Positions 39,677 through 49,334 of a stretch of 64,000 bases of DNA are shown here, piece by piece (position 1 is the stretch's first letter; every line of letters starts with the position of its first letter). Under the pieces are notes generated by a model. The model was not told the DNA's origin and searched no databases. It saw only the letters and a list, made by a program, of their open reading frames with translations. The stretch is taken from contig JBOEGF010000042.1 in NCBI GenBank assembly GCA_050633305.1, positions 1-64,000 of the forward strand. Reading direction: 5' to 3'. The position numbers and the translations under genes are program-made. Origin of the DNA: Nannocystales bacterium. Lineage in GTDB: Bacteria > Myxococcota_A > Polyangia > Nannocystales > Nannocystaceae.

Positions 39677-40831
39677 ATGGTACGCGCTCGTCTAACATTA
39701 GTAGTCACATTGGCCTCCGTGTTTTTGCCCATGGCGGCGTGCGGGGACGACCTTGTCTCGACTGCGGGAGGTGGTTCGGACACCGATAGCGGCGCCACAC
39801 CGGTCGGACCGGGCGGGTCGGCGACGACCACCGGAGACGTCACCACCAGTGGCGGGAGCGGGACCGCTGCCGACACGGGGAGCTCGGGCGACATCGACGA
39901 TCCCTCGTTCATCTTCGATGTTCTGTACGTGCCCGACGTCGGAGCGGGAACGATCTGCAATCAGTTCCCCATCGAAGCTGGAACCCGAAAGGTCCCAACC
40001 GATTTGGTCATCGCGGTGGATGGCTCGGGCAGCATGGTGGAAGAGGCGGCGGGTGTGGAGGCCGAACTCAACCAAGCCGTCGCCCGAATCGTTCGGGAGG
40101 GCGTCGATGTTCGCGTCGTGTTGCTCGCCCGCTCCGAGGGCTCCACACAGATCTGCATCGATGCTCCGGTGGGCAGCGGATTGTGCCCGGGCGACAGCAA
40201 TGAGCCCGGCTTCCGCCACATCGATGCCGACATCGGGAGTTGGGAGCCGTTGCGCGCGATCGTCGACTACTACCCTCAGTACGCCGACCTTCTTCGCCCA
40301 CAGGCGCGACTTCAGCTCGTCGTCGTGAGCGACGACAACTCGTTCGACATGAGCGCCGGCGACTTCGAAGCCGACTTCGAGATGCTCCACCCATGGAACG
40401 AGAGCTTCGTCTTCCATGCACTGGCCACCCAGAGCAGCTGCCCCGCGGGCGTGAGCCCCGGGACCGAGTACGAGACCCTCGTTCGACGAACCGGTGGCTG
40501 GATGGGGGACCTCTGCAGCCAGGACTTCGAGGGGCTGTTCGACGGACTCGCCGGTGGTGCCATCGAGGCATCCGAGGACTGCGTCTACCCCCTGGGCAGG
40601 ATCGCGGAATGGCCCGACAATGCGGACGCAGCCTCGATGGCGCTCGACGGGATGCCTCTCGCCGCGCTGGATGCTGTGGAAGACTGCGGGGTCGGCGGGC
40701 AGGGCTGGTTCCTCGACGACCCCGACGCACCAACCGCGATCCGGCTGTGCCCCTCGAGCTGCGAGCTTGTTCGCGCGAGCGAGCAGCCAGCGCTCAACGT
40801 CGATGTCACCTGCGACTTCAACGCGGGCTGA
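39677..40831 (+). CDS. vWA-domain lipoprotein (myxobacterial CglB-like family)
   Basis: Lipobox MAAC, MIDAS motif VDGSGSM, VVVSDD, and C-terminal GWFLDDP.APTAIRLCP.SC. Confidence 0.85.
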   Translation: MVRARLTLVVTLASVFLPMAACGDDLVSTAGGGSDTDSGATPVGPGGSATTTGDVTTSGGSGTAADTGSSGDIDDPSFIFDVLYVPDVGAGTICNQFPIEAGTRKVPTDLVIAVDGSGSMVEEAAGVEAELNQAVARIVREGVDVRVVLLARSEGSTQICIDAPVGSGLCPGDSNEPGFRHIDADIGSWEPLRAIVDYYPQYADLLRPQARLQLVVVSDDNSFDMSAGDFEADFEMLHPWNESFVFHALATQSSCPAGVSPGTEYETLVRRTGGWMGDLCSQDFEGLFDGLAGGAIEASEDCVYPLGRIAEWPDNADAASMALDGMPLAALDAVEDCGVGGQGWFLDDPDAPTAIRLCPSSCELVRASEQPALNVDVTCDFNAG

Positions 40832-40901
40832 ATCGGCGGCTGACGGCCCCATGAGCTATGCTCCGTGCCGTTCCAGACGCGCCGAAACCGCGTGAGCCGT
40901 C

Positions 40902-41387
40902 ATGACCAACAACGACATCCTCCGCCGCATTCGCTACGTCTTCGATTTTGGCGACGACAAGATGATCGCGTTGTTCGCCCTGGCCGACAAGGAAGTCACG
41001 CGGGCCGAGGTCAGCGACTGGCTCAAACGCGACGACGACCCCGCGTACCGCAACTGTGGCGACAAAGCGCTGGCGTACTTTCTCAACGGGTTGATCGTCG
41101 ACAAACGCGGCCGCCGTGATGGCCCGCCGCCGCCCGTCGAGTCGCGGCTGAACAACAACCTCATCTTGAAGAAGCTGAAGATCGCGATGGCGTTCTCCAG
41201 CGACCAGATGCTCGAGGTCCTCCGCCTCGCGGGCAATGAGCTCAGCGAGCACGAACTCAGCGCGTTGTTCCGCAAGCCGGAGCACAAGCACCACCGCAAG
41301 TGCATGGACCAGGTCTTGCGCAACTTCCTCACCGGGCTGCGTATTCAGCTGCGCCCCCAAGCGCCCAAGCACGAACCTTCGTACTAA
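40902..41387 (+). CDS. DUF1456 (YehS) family protein
   Basis: MTNNDILRRIRY.FD, FLNGLI.DKRG, NNNLILKKLKIA, ELSALFRK and C.DQVLRNFL.GL. Confidence 0.92.
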   Translation: MTNNDILRRIRYVFDFGDDKMIALFALADKEVTRAEVSDWLKRDDDPAYRNCGDKALAYFLNGLIVDKRGRRDGPPPPVESRLNNNLILKKLKIAMAFSSDQMLEVLRLAGNELSEHELSALFRKPEHKHHRKCMDQVLRNFLTGLRIQLRPQAPKHEPSY

Positions 41388-41466
41388 CGAGTGCGCATCT
41401 TGGTGAGCGAAGGGAGCTCGGCTCCCGCAACAAGGGAAGCAGAGAGGTTCCCTTTGGGGACTCCCC

Positions 41467-42363
41467 TCAACCCTTGAGGCCTTCCAGCAGGAGGTCGAAC
41501 ACCACCCGCATGCGACGGCTTGTGCTGAGCTCACGGTGTGTCGTCAGCCATGTCGCCAGCGGGAACGGCGGAAAGTCTGGCAGGGCCCGACGAACCATCG
41601 GCTCTGCATCCCCGATCTCTTCGACCATGATGCAGATGCCCGCTCCACGTTTTGTGAGCTCCCACTGCACCAGCTGGTTACCCGTGACGATCGGGAAGTT
41701 CTCCGGTGTGAGTGACAGACCGAGGCCGCCCAGCCCCGTGATCATCGCGCGCATTGCATCGCCGCGATCGAACCCAAGGAACTGTCCGCGCGAGAGTTGC
41801 TCCGCCGTGCTCGGATTTCCGATCTTCTCGAGGTAGTCGGGAGAAGCGTACAAACGGGCAGCGCCGTCCTTCACCTTGCGGGCGAGGAGGTCGGGCTGCT
41901 GGGGCCGAAAACTCCGGATGGCGATGTCGGCTTCCCGACGTGCGAGGTCGCTGGTGTCGTTGGTCGCGACGATCTCGACCTCGATGCCAGGGTGGACCGT
42001 CCGCAGGTGCGCAATGATCGGCGGCAACGTGAACATCGCGGTGACTTGGCTGGCCGAGATGACGACGAGGCCGTCCAGCGACAGCGACTGACCCGCGGCG
42101 GTGAGTGCCAGACGAGTGGCGGCCTCGCCCATGCTGCGGGCGTGCTCGAGCAAGCTCTGCCCGGTCCCCGTCAGCGCGAGGCCGTGCCCCACCCGCTCGA
42201 ACAACATGACATCGAGCTCCTCCTCCAGCGCAGCGACCTGACGTCCGACCGTGGGCTGAGCCATGCCGAGCGCCCGAGCTGCCGCGGAAAACGAGCCCTC
42301 CTCCGCGGTCACCAGAAACGCACGGACCCGGGTCCATTCGAATGCCACCGAGGCCCAGTCCAT
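41467..42363 (-). CDS. LysR family transcriptional regulator
   Basis: HTH AEEGSFSAAARALGMAQPTVGRQVAALE and RREADIAIR; divergent from the MDR gene. Confidence 0.93.
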   Translation of the reverse strand: MDWASVAFEWTRVRAFLVTAEEGSFSAAARALGMAQPTVGRQVAALEEELDVMLFERVGHGLALTGTGQSLLEHARSMGEAATRLALTAAGQSLSLDGLVVISASQVTAMFTLPPIIAHLRTVHPGIEVEIVATNDTSDLARREADIAIRSFRPQQPDLLARKVKDGAARLYASPDYLEKIGNPSTAEQLSRGQFLGFDRGDAMRAMITGLGGLGLSLTPENFPIVTGNQLVQWELTKRGAGICIMVEEIGDAEPMVRRALPDFPPFPLATWLTTHRELSTSRRMRVVFDLLLEGLKG

Positions 42364-42436
42364 GCAGATCCGCATACCACATGTCCGATTTCCGGGGATT
42401 TTCAGAACGATGATGCATGGCTACAACAAGACTCCG

Positions 42437-43450
42437 ATGCAAGCAGCAACCCACACCGAGTACGGCTCCTCCGAGGTTCTCTCCGTCAAAGACGTCGGAA
42501 CACCCGCTGTGGGCCCCAATCAGGTCCTGATCCGGGTTCACGCCAGCCCCGTGACCGAAGGCGACCGGCGCCTACGCGCCGCCGACTTTCCCGGGGTGAG
42601 CGCCGTGATGGGACGCCTCATGTTCGGGCTCTTTCGTCCCCGAAACCCCATCCCCGGGACCATGTTTGCCGGCCAGGTCGTCGCGTGTGGCGAAGCCGTC
42701 ACTCGATTCTCCGTCGGCGATGACGTGTTCGGAAGCTGCGACAACGGCGCTCACGCGGAGTACGTCGCCGTCGCCGAGGACGGCCCCCTCGCTGAGATCC
42801 CCGAAGGCGTGGACTACGACCAAGCTTCCGCAGTGCCGTATGGGGCGGCTACCGCCCTCGCTTTCTTACGGGATGTCGCCCGCGTACAGCCCGGCGAGGA
42901 CGTTCTCATCGTCGGCGGGTCGGGAGGGGTCGGTCGTTTCGCAGTGCAGATCGCTCGCCACCTCGGCGCACATGTCACCGCCGTGGGCAGCGGTCGCAGC
43001 GCGGCAATGATGAAGGAGCTGGGAGCCGACGCCGTCATTGACTACAAGCGCGAGGACTACACGAAGGCCGGCAAGAGATACGACGTCATCTTCGACACCA
43101 CCTCCGGCGATGGGTTCCGTAGCGCGAAAGACTCGCTGAAGAAGAACGGTCGCTACGCCACCGTCTACCTCAACCTCCTGGTGCTTTGGCAGATGCTGCT
43201 CAGCGCCGTGATGGGTGGGCCCAAGGTCGCCTCTGCGGTCGTCCTCGGCAACCAGAGCCTTTCGAAGGACGTCGCCGAGCTTCTGGCTCAGGGTGTGATT
43301 CGCCCGACGATCGCCGCTCGACATCCCATCGCACACGTGGCGAAGGCCCACGCAGCTCAGGCGGACCGCGACACGATGGGGTCGGTCATCGTGACGGTGA
43401 ACACCGCGGCGCGCGGAGTCTCACCGGCACGAGCGCTCGAGGTCGCCTGA
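42437..43450 (+). CDS. NAD(P)-dependent alcohol dehydrogenase-like MDR oxidoreductase
   Basis: YGSSEVL, PGTMFAG.V, GAHAEY, GGSGGVG and VIDYKREDY. Confidence 0.92.
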   Translation: MQAATHTEYGSSEVLSVKDVGTPAVGPNQVLIRVHASPVTEGDRRLRAADFPGVSAVMGRLMFGLFRPRNPIPGTMFAGQVVACGEAVTRFSVGDDVFGSCDNGAHAEYVAVAEDGPLAEIPEGVDYDQASAVPYGAATALAFLRDVARVQPGEDVLIVGGSGGVGRFAVQIARHLGAHVTAVGSGRSAAMMKELGADAVIDYKREDYTKAGKRYDVIFDTTSGDGFRSAKDSLKKNGRYATVYLNLLVLWQMLLSAVMGGPKVASAVVLGNQSLSKDVAELLAQGVIRPTIAARHPIAHVAKAHAAQADRDTMGSVIVTVNTAARGVSPARALEVA

Positions 43451-43488
43451 CGGCCCTCAAGCGAACCTCCATCGAGACCGATGGTCCG

Positions 43489-45309
43489 GTGGCCGTGTCC
43501 GCCGTCGACCATCGTGCCCTTCCCCATGCTGCGAATGCCCGACCCCCTGCGTCGGTCCGTCCCAGGGTTCCAGGGCGTGCAGAAGGACGTCGGCGGCTGA
43601 GCGACATCCTGCTCCAGGCGGGAGCCGTGGACGCGGGGGGAATCGAGCGTGCGCTGGCCGTCCAGGCCGCGAACGGAGGAAGGCTCGGCACGATCCTGGT
43701 CGACCTCGGCCTGTGTACGGAGGAAGCGATTCAGCGAGCAGTGTCCGCGCAGATCGGGGTCGAGATGGTCCGACTGGAGGAGGTCGTCCTCGACCGAGCC
43801 GCGCTGGGCGTTGTCCCCCGTGAGTTGATGTTGAAGTACGAGGTCATCCCGCTGCGCCTCGAAGAGGACGTACTCGTCGTCGCGACTCCAGACCCCTTCA
43901 ACCTCTCTGCCTTGGACGATGTCCGCTTCGCGACGGGCCGGAAGTTGGAGGTCAAGTCCTGCACCGAAGCCGACTTCGCCTCGTACGTCTCCAATCACAT
44001 CGAGACGCAGTCGTTGATGCAGGAGATCCTCGACGGCGAGGACCTCTACGAAAAGGCGGTTGAAAACCTCGAGGACACCACCGCCGGACCAGCCGCGTCC
44101 CCAGGCAGCGAAGAGGTCAGCACCGACCTCGAGCATGCGGGTGAGCAACCCATCATCACCCTGTGCAACTTCCTGCTCGTCGAGTCGATCCATCGCCGGG
44201 CCAGCGACATTCACATCGAGCCGTACGAGACGTACCTTCGGATCCGCTTCCGAATCGATGGGACGCTCCAGAACCTGCTGACTCCACCGCAGCGTCTTCA
44301 CAGCGCCATCGTCACCCGCATGAAGATCATGGCGGGGATGGACATCGCACAACACCGCGAGCCCGAAGATGGGCACATCGCGATCCGGTACGGCGGCGAG
44401 ACCTGCCACTACCGCGTGTCGACTCTGCCCACGCTGTACGGGGAGAAATGCGTCATCCGGCTGCTCAAGAAGGACGAGCACCTCGCCTCGATCGGTACGC
44501 TTGGCTTCGAGCCCGGAGACCTCTCCCGGTTTCAAGCGTCACTGCGCCGACCGCAAGGCATCGTGCTCGTGACCGGGCCAACGGGCAGTGGCAAGACGAC
44601 GACGTTGCACGCAGGTCTGTCGCTCATCAACGAGGCGGGGACCAACATCGTAACGCTGGAGGACCCGGTTGAGGCGAGCATTCCCGGGGTCAACCATGTG
44701 CAGATCAACGAGTCCGCGGGACTGACCTTCGCCGCCGGCCTCCGTTCGGTCTTGCGCCAAGACCCAGACGTGGTGTTCGTGGGCGAGATTCGCGACGAGG
44801 AGGTCGCCGACATCGCCGTCAAGGCCGCGCTGACCGGACACCTCGTGCTCTCCACGTTGCACACCAACAGCGCGAGCGAATCCCTGCTCCGACTGGCGGA
44901 CCTCGGTGTGGCCCCGTATCTGATCGCCAATGCGCTGTCGATGATCGTCGCGCAGCGGTTGATGAGGAAGGTTTGCGATTCCTGCTCTACGCCCCATGTT
45001 GCGACCCCCGACGAGATCGCCGAGTTCAACCTCACCGACGAAGAACTCGCCACAGCGCAGCTCCGGAAGGGACGCGGCTGCGAGCGTTGTTACAACACGG
45101 GCTACCGGGGACGCACCGCGGTCTACGAAGTGCTCAGGGTGACGAACGAGATGCGCACCATGATCCGCGAAGAGGTCCCGCCCGAGGAGCTGCTCCAGTG
45201 CGCCGAGGCCGACGGGATGACCCTGCTGTACCAAGGCGGCATCAGCAAGGTCCTACGAGGCGAGACCACCTTCGACGAAATCCGCCGCCGGCTCACCGAC
45301 GCCCGCTAG
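43489..45309 (+). CDS. GspE/PilB family secretion ATPase with N-terminal MshEN-type domain (start uncertain)
   Basis: RASDIHIEP, GPTGSGKTTT, TLEDPVE, RQDPDVVFVGEIRD, LTGHLVLSTLHTN and Zn motif CDSC...CERC. Confidence 0.92.
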   Translation: MAVSAVDHRALPHAANARPPASVRPRVPGRAEGRRRLSDILLQAGAVDAGGIERALAVQAANGGRLGTILVDLGLCTEEAIQRAVSAQIGVEMVRLEEVVLDRAALGVVPRELMLKYEVIPLRLEEDVLVVATPDPFNLSALDDVRFATGRKLEVKSCTEADFASYVSNHIETQSLMQEILDGEDLYEKAVENLEDTTAGPAASPGSEEVSTDLEHAGEQPIITLCNFLLVESIHRRASDIHIEPYETYLRIRFRIDGTLQNLLTPPQRLHSAIVTRMKIMAGMDIAQHREPEDGHIAIRYGGETCHYRVSTLPTLYGEKCVIRLLKKDEHLASIGTLGFEPGDLSRFQASLRRPQGIVLVTGPTGSGKTTTLHAGLSLINEAGTNIVTLEDPVEASIPGVNHVQINESAGLTFAAGLRSVLRQDPDVVFVGEIRDEEVADIAVKAALTGHLVLSTLHTNSASESLLRLADLGVAPYLIANALSMIVAQRLMRKVCDSCSTPHVATPDEIAEFNLTDEELATAQLRKGRGCERCYNTGYRGRTAVYEVLRVTNEMRTMIREEVPPEELLQCAEADGMTLLYQGGISKVLRGETTFDEIRRRLTDAR

Positions 45310-45381
45310 AGAAAGACGGCGGCGGAGACCCTACAGCCAACCCAATGAGACGGCGACGAAACCTGGCCCGTTGATCAGAGC

Positions 45382-45783
45382 ATGGATCACGATGCCGACC
45401 GTGGTGCTCCGTCGACGCACACAGACCCAGCTCTGCACGAGGACGATCGGAGCGACGAGGAGGGCCATGGGAAGTCCGAACGCGGCATGAAACACCAGCC
45501 AACCGAGCCCATGGATCCACCACGTGTGCTGTCCGAACGCCCGACTCTAGCGGGGGAGAATCACCCCACGCCACCAAAGCTCTTCGCCCAGGATGTTGCA
45601 CGGAACGATATCGCTCGCCACCTACAGCGGTTGTCTCCCGACCTCGAGCGACCCGAAGCGAAAGCCGATCTCGTCGCCGCTGCACTCGGCGCAGGTGTCC
45701 ACGAGACCGTCCTGGGAAGCGACGACCCCGACGCCGCCACCGAGGAACTCGTGCGGCTGTGCGAAGCCTACCTCGGAGCGTGA
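45382..45783 (+). CDS. Hypothetical protein; the C-terminus may be a TetR ligand-domain remnant
   Basis: Helical tail AAALGAGVHETVL...ATEELVRLCEAYL; the N-terminal half looks non-conserved. Confidence 0.35.
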   Translation: MDHDADRGAPSTHTDPALHEDDRSDEEGHGKSERGMKHQPTEPMDPPRVLSERPTLAGENHPTPPKLFAQDVARNDIARHLQRLSPDLERPEAKADLVAAALGAGVHETVLGSDDPDAATEELVRLCEAYLGA

Positions 45784-45944
45784 TCGCTCGCCCGCTCGTT
45801 ACGCCTGTACCACCGCCGATTCATCGACGCCGGCAAGGCAGGCGACGTTGGCGACATGGGTGAACTCGGCCGAGCCAGCCGTGGTCGGCGAGCCAATGTC
45901 GCCTTTCGTTGCTCGCAGGCAAGCCTGCGGTACGCGTAGCCGGC

Positions 45945-46673
45945 TCAGTTTGCTTCGCACTGACCGCTCTCGCCACAACGGACCTCCACACCGCAGTCGC
46001 CGACGAAGTTGCAGTAAGTCTCCACAGGGAGATCGCACCCCCGCAGCGCATCGTCGAGGCGAGCCCAGTCCGCAGGGTCGGTCTCAACGTTGACCGCCAC
46101 GACGCTGCAGTCGTCGACGTAGCAGGTGCTGGTCAGCTGCATACAGTCTTCGTCGAACTCACACGCTCGATGGGCTGCGAGAAACGTCTGCACGTCTTCC
46201 TCTACGCTCGGGCAGTAGTTCCCTGCACCGAAGCTTGACTGACACTGGTTGTCGTCACACATGGGTACTGCCCCACAGGGGTCGGCTCCACACTGACACG
46301 ACTCCAGCATCGCCTCCTCCAGCGGCTCCCACACACCCAGGTCGGCGTCCACCGCCACACCGAGACCGCCGCACACGTTGGGAGCAGGCCCGCTGTAGCA
46401 CAGACCGCTGACCACATCGCAGTCGAGCAACGTCTCGCATTCACGGTTCTGCTCGATGAACTCCGTCGCAGCCTCCGTGGCCTCTCGGCACGCAGCAGAC
46501 TCCACGTCGCCCGTGGAAGGCTCTCCCGTGGTTGGCTCTCCCGTAGAGGAGGTCTCCACAGGCGTACCGGTGGACCCTCTTGCATCACAGTCGGCGACAC
46601 ACTGCTCCTGCGAACCACAAGCAACCACCAACAGCGCGGCGGTCAAACCAAGCGTAAGAAACACGCGTTTCAT
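45945..46673 (-). CDS. Cys-rich lipoprotein with an internal duplication
   Basis: Lipobox VVAC and two copies of C.......F....R.CE...DC.....CY...C....V..D.W..L..A. Confidence 0.82.
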   Translation of the reverse strand: MKRVFLTLGLTAALLVVACGSQEQCVADCDARGSTGTPVETSSTGEPTTGEPSTGDVESAACREATEAATEFIEQNRECETLLDCDVVSGLCYSGPAPNVCGGLGVAVDADLGVWEPLEEAMLESCQCGADPCGAVPMCDDNQCQSSFGAGNYCPSVEEDVQTFLAAHRACEFDEDCMQLTSTCYVDDCSVVAVNVETDPADWARLDDALRGCDLPVETYCNFVGDCGVEVRCGESGQCEAN

Positions 46674-46913
46674 GGACCTCTAGTCTGCGCACAGCCTGGG
46701 TTTTGTGGACCGATTTTCAGGGAGACAACACGGTCAGGCTGATGGTTGGTCGTTCGACGGAGGTCCACCGCTGGGCTGGCGGCCATCGTACGCGACCAGC
46801 CCGTGGTCGGCCCGTGCCCTTTCGACGACCCGCCGCCGGTCAGGGCAGCCCATCTGAGCGCACTTTAGGTGACCGAGACGTCGTGACGATTTATCGACGC
46901 CCCGCAAGCCAGA

Positions 46914-47633
46914 CTACGTCGGCGGCATGGGCACGATGGGAGGACGGGTGAACTCCGCCGAACGTGCGGTGGTCGGCGAGCCGTCGACCTCCACGGCGAC
47001 CTCGACGTCGTAGGTACGACCTCGGGACGGCTTGCCTTCGAGCCTCGCTTCGACCGAGGACCATGAGGGCGGCTTGATTCGGTAGCTGGTCCGCGCGGAG
47101 CTCCCACCAGCCAGATTCTCGTCCCACGCGGTGTACGCGTTGTCGGCCTCGGACCACTTCGAGGGCTTGCGCGATGCGAGCGTGGCGACCTGCTGATCGG
47201 TCTGAACGTCCCGCAGCCGCACCTCGACAACCCTGACCTTCGTGGACGTCTCGGCTTTGTTCTCGAAGGTGATCTGCAGGGTGGATTGCTGGCACCTCCG
47301 TCTGCGAGGTGGAGCAACGCTGTCCCCGGGCATCGGAGGGACCTCGGCAGGGGCGGACGCGGCGGTGCTCCGCTTCACGGGCTTCGCAGGGGCCGCGGAG
47401 GGAGCCATCGACTCCGGTGCCGACGGCTTGGCGGGTGGAGGGTCGGGGCAATCGCTCTCCAGCAGCACGGAGCCCACCGCAACGACCACGGCTGCTTCCT
47501 CGGGTCGGTTTGTCCCCCCATCGGCAGCCGTCTTTCCGCCGCTCGCCGTGGCGTCGTTGGAGACCGTGGGAGCGCAACCGGGCAGCGGCGCAAGCGTGGC
47601 AAGGAGAAGGATCGCGGGGCGGAGGGTCTTCAT
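46914..47633 (-). CDS. Hypothetical Pro-rich lipoprotein
   Basis: Signal MKTLRPAILLLATLAPLPGC; starts 26 bp after the cytochrome gene. Confidence 0.78.
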   Translation of the reverse strand: MKTLRPAILLLATLAPLPGCAPTVSNDATASGGKTAADGGTNRPEEAAVVVAVGSVLLESDCPDPPPAKPSAPESMAPSAAPAKPVKRSTAASAPAEVPPMPGDSVAPPRRRRCQQSTLQITFENKAETSTKVRVVEVRLRDVQTDQQVATLASRKPSKWSEADNAYTAWDENLAGGSSARTSYRIKPPSWSSVEARLEGKPSRGRTYDVEVAVEVDGSPTTARSAEFTRPPIVPMPPT

Positions 47634-47659
47634 GGTTGGGTTCCTGTTCGTTCGACGGT

Positions 47660-49042
47660 TCACAGCGTGCGAAGCCAAGCCGCCAAGGCGGCACGATCAC
47701 GTGGCGGGAGGTCGGTGCCGAAGTCGTGCCCGAGCACCGAACCCGGGCCCCGTACGGAGCGGTCAAAGTCGGGTCTCAGGCGAGCAGACCCCAGCAGGTC
47801 CTCGAGGCTCCCGACCTCGCCCGTGTGAAGGTAGGGCGCGGCGTTGCGGACATCGACCAGCGGTGCAGGTCGATAGTTCCCTGTTCCGCGAGCGCGCCCG
47901 TTGGCCAACGCCGGGTCGGTGCCCACACGAATCGCAAGGACCGCACGTCCACTTCCGTTCTCATCGCTGTGGCAGCGGGCGCAGTGCGACGCGAACAACG
48001 CCTTCCCTTTGAGGGCAAGGGGTGTCGGCTCTGTGCCAGATGTCGGCGGCGTCAGTGAGTACAGATACATCGCGAGCGCCCACGCAAGCTCTCGTGGCGG
48101 CCGAACGCGCTCACCGCTGGCGTGAAGCATCTGCGTCTCTTGGCGGATCGCGAGGGCGAGCGGAGAGTCGTGCACGATGGTTGCGGCTTGCGTCAGATTG
48201 CGAAGCTCGCGAAGCCTCCACAGGTCGGGAATCGAGACGGGATCTTGGTCGTCGTCCTCGGTGATGTCCGCGCGTCCCGGCCCCCAGCTGGACATGCGCG
48301 CGACGAGGCCAGGGTTCACGTCTCCGAGGCTGTGCTCGTATGCGAGACGCATCGCGCCGTAGTCGAGCGCACGCCGGGCCCGACCGACAACAACCTGCCC
48401 TCCTTCGATGGCGGTATGGCACAGCGCACAGGTGATGCCGACCTGGTCACCACCGTCGACATCGCGGTACGCGACCAACCCCGGGACCTTCCCGTCGCGG
48501 TCATGCTCGAGGCCCAGTCGCTCCGCGGTACCCGTTGCGAATGCGAGCTCGGCAGCGGGCTCGGGACGCAACGGAAAGCGAAAGAACACTTCTCGTCCAA
48601 GCTTCACCCAGTCATCCATCGACTGCGGTCGACGGCCGTCCCACAGCCGCGGCGAGCCCGGGTCGAGGGAGACCAACCGCCCAGTCTCGAGGACCACGAG
48701 GTCTTCGACGCGGAGCTCTTGGCTGCTCGGGTTCCAAGCCGGGAGAACATCCCAACCGGTGCGTCCGCGCCCATACGCCGAGATCCGCATCGCGCTGTAG
48801 AGATTGTCGGGTGTGGCCAGGGAGCGCTCCATCGCGCTGCGCCGCGCCTGTGGATTGTCGAGGTACAGCGGGCTGTGATCCAACAACCATGCGTCGCTCC
48901 ACGGCGACGCCCTGAGCGCGGCTGCTCCTTCCTCAGCCTGCACGGGTTCGACAGGGACGCTCAAGGCCGCGGCGACGATCCCCACAAACCCGATCATGCA
49001 CCCCCCGACGGAGCGTACGGTCCGCTTACCCCAGCTCGTCAA
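47660..49042 (-). CDS. Secreted di-heme c-type cytochrome (RoxA/CcP-like superfamily); start uncertain
   Basis: Two CxxCH motifs (CALCH, CARCH), plus WGPGRAD, VGTDP, APYLHTG.V.SLEDLL and GHDFG. Confidence 0.85.
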   Translation of the reverse strand: MTSWGKRTVRSVGGCMIGFVGIVAAALSVPVEPVQAEEGAAALRASPWSDAWLLDHSPLYLDNPQARRSAMERSLATPDNLYSAMRISAYGRGRTGWDVLPAWNPSSQELRVEDLVVLETGRLVSLDPGSPRLWDGRRPQSMDDWVKLGREVFFRFPLRPEPAAELAFATGTAERLGLEHDRDGKVPGLVAYRDVDGGDQVGITCALCHTAIEGGQVVVGRARRALDYGAMRLAYEHSLGDVNPGLVARMSSWGPGRADITEDDDQDPVSIPDLWRLRELRNLTQAATIVHDSPLALAIRQETQMLHASGERVRPPRELAWALAMYLYSLTPPTSGTEPTPLALKGKALFASHCARCHSDENGSGRAVLAIRVGTDPALANGRARGTGNYRPAPLVDVRNAAPYLHTGEVGSLEDLLGSARLRPDFDRSVRGPGSVLGHDFGTDLPPRDRAALAAWLRTL

Positions 49043-49105
49043 CTCGCGTCCGATACTGACATGGAACGACTCGCGTTGAGGATCGGTCTGCTTCGTCCGA
49101 TCTCG

Positions 49106-49288
49106 CTACGTCTGGGGCCGATCGAAGCAGAACATGATCGCGGCGGCCACCAACGCCGCGCTCAGCGTCAACGCAGCTCCGACGGTGACCAAGGAGTTGG
49201 CCGACCCGCCCGAGTCAAACGACTCGAGACCGCGCAGCAGCGACCCCACGATGGCAATCCAGATCCCGATTCGTCCGTACTTGCGCAT
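49106..49288 (-). CDS. Small two-helix membrane protein
   Basis: 60-aa ORF with two hydrophobic segments, co-oriented with its neighbours. Confidence 0.45.
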   Translation of the reverse strand: MRKYGRIGIWIAIVGSLLRGLESFDSGGSANSLVTVGAALTLSAALVAAAIMFCFDRPQT

Positions 49289-49334
49289 GCGCAGAGCCTA
49301 GCAGCAGGCCGCACGGCTCAGCGTGCCGAAGCGC

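Noticed and set aside
43186..45309. A complete T2SS/T4P or competence locus
   Set aside because: Only the ATPase is present; the window has no platform protein, pilins or secretin.
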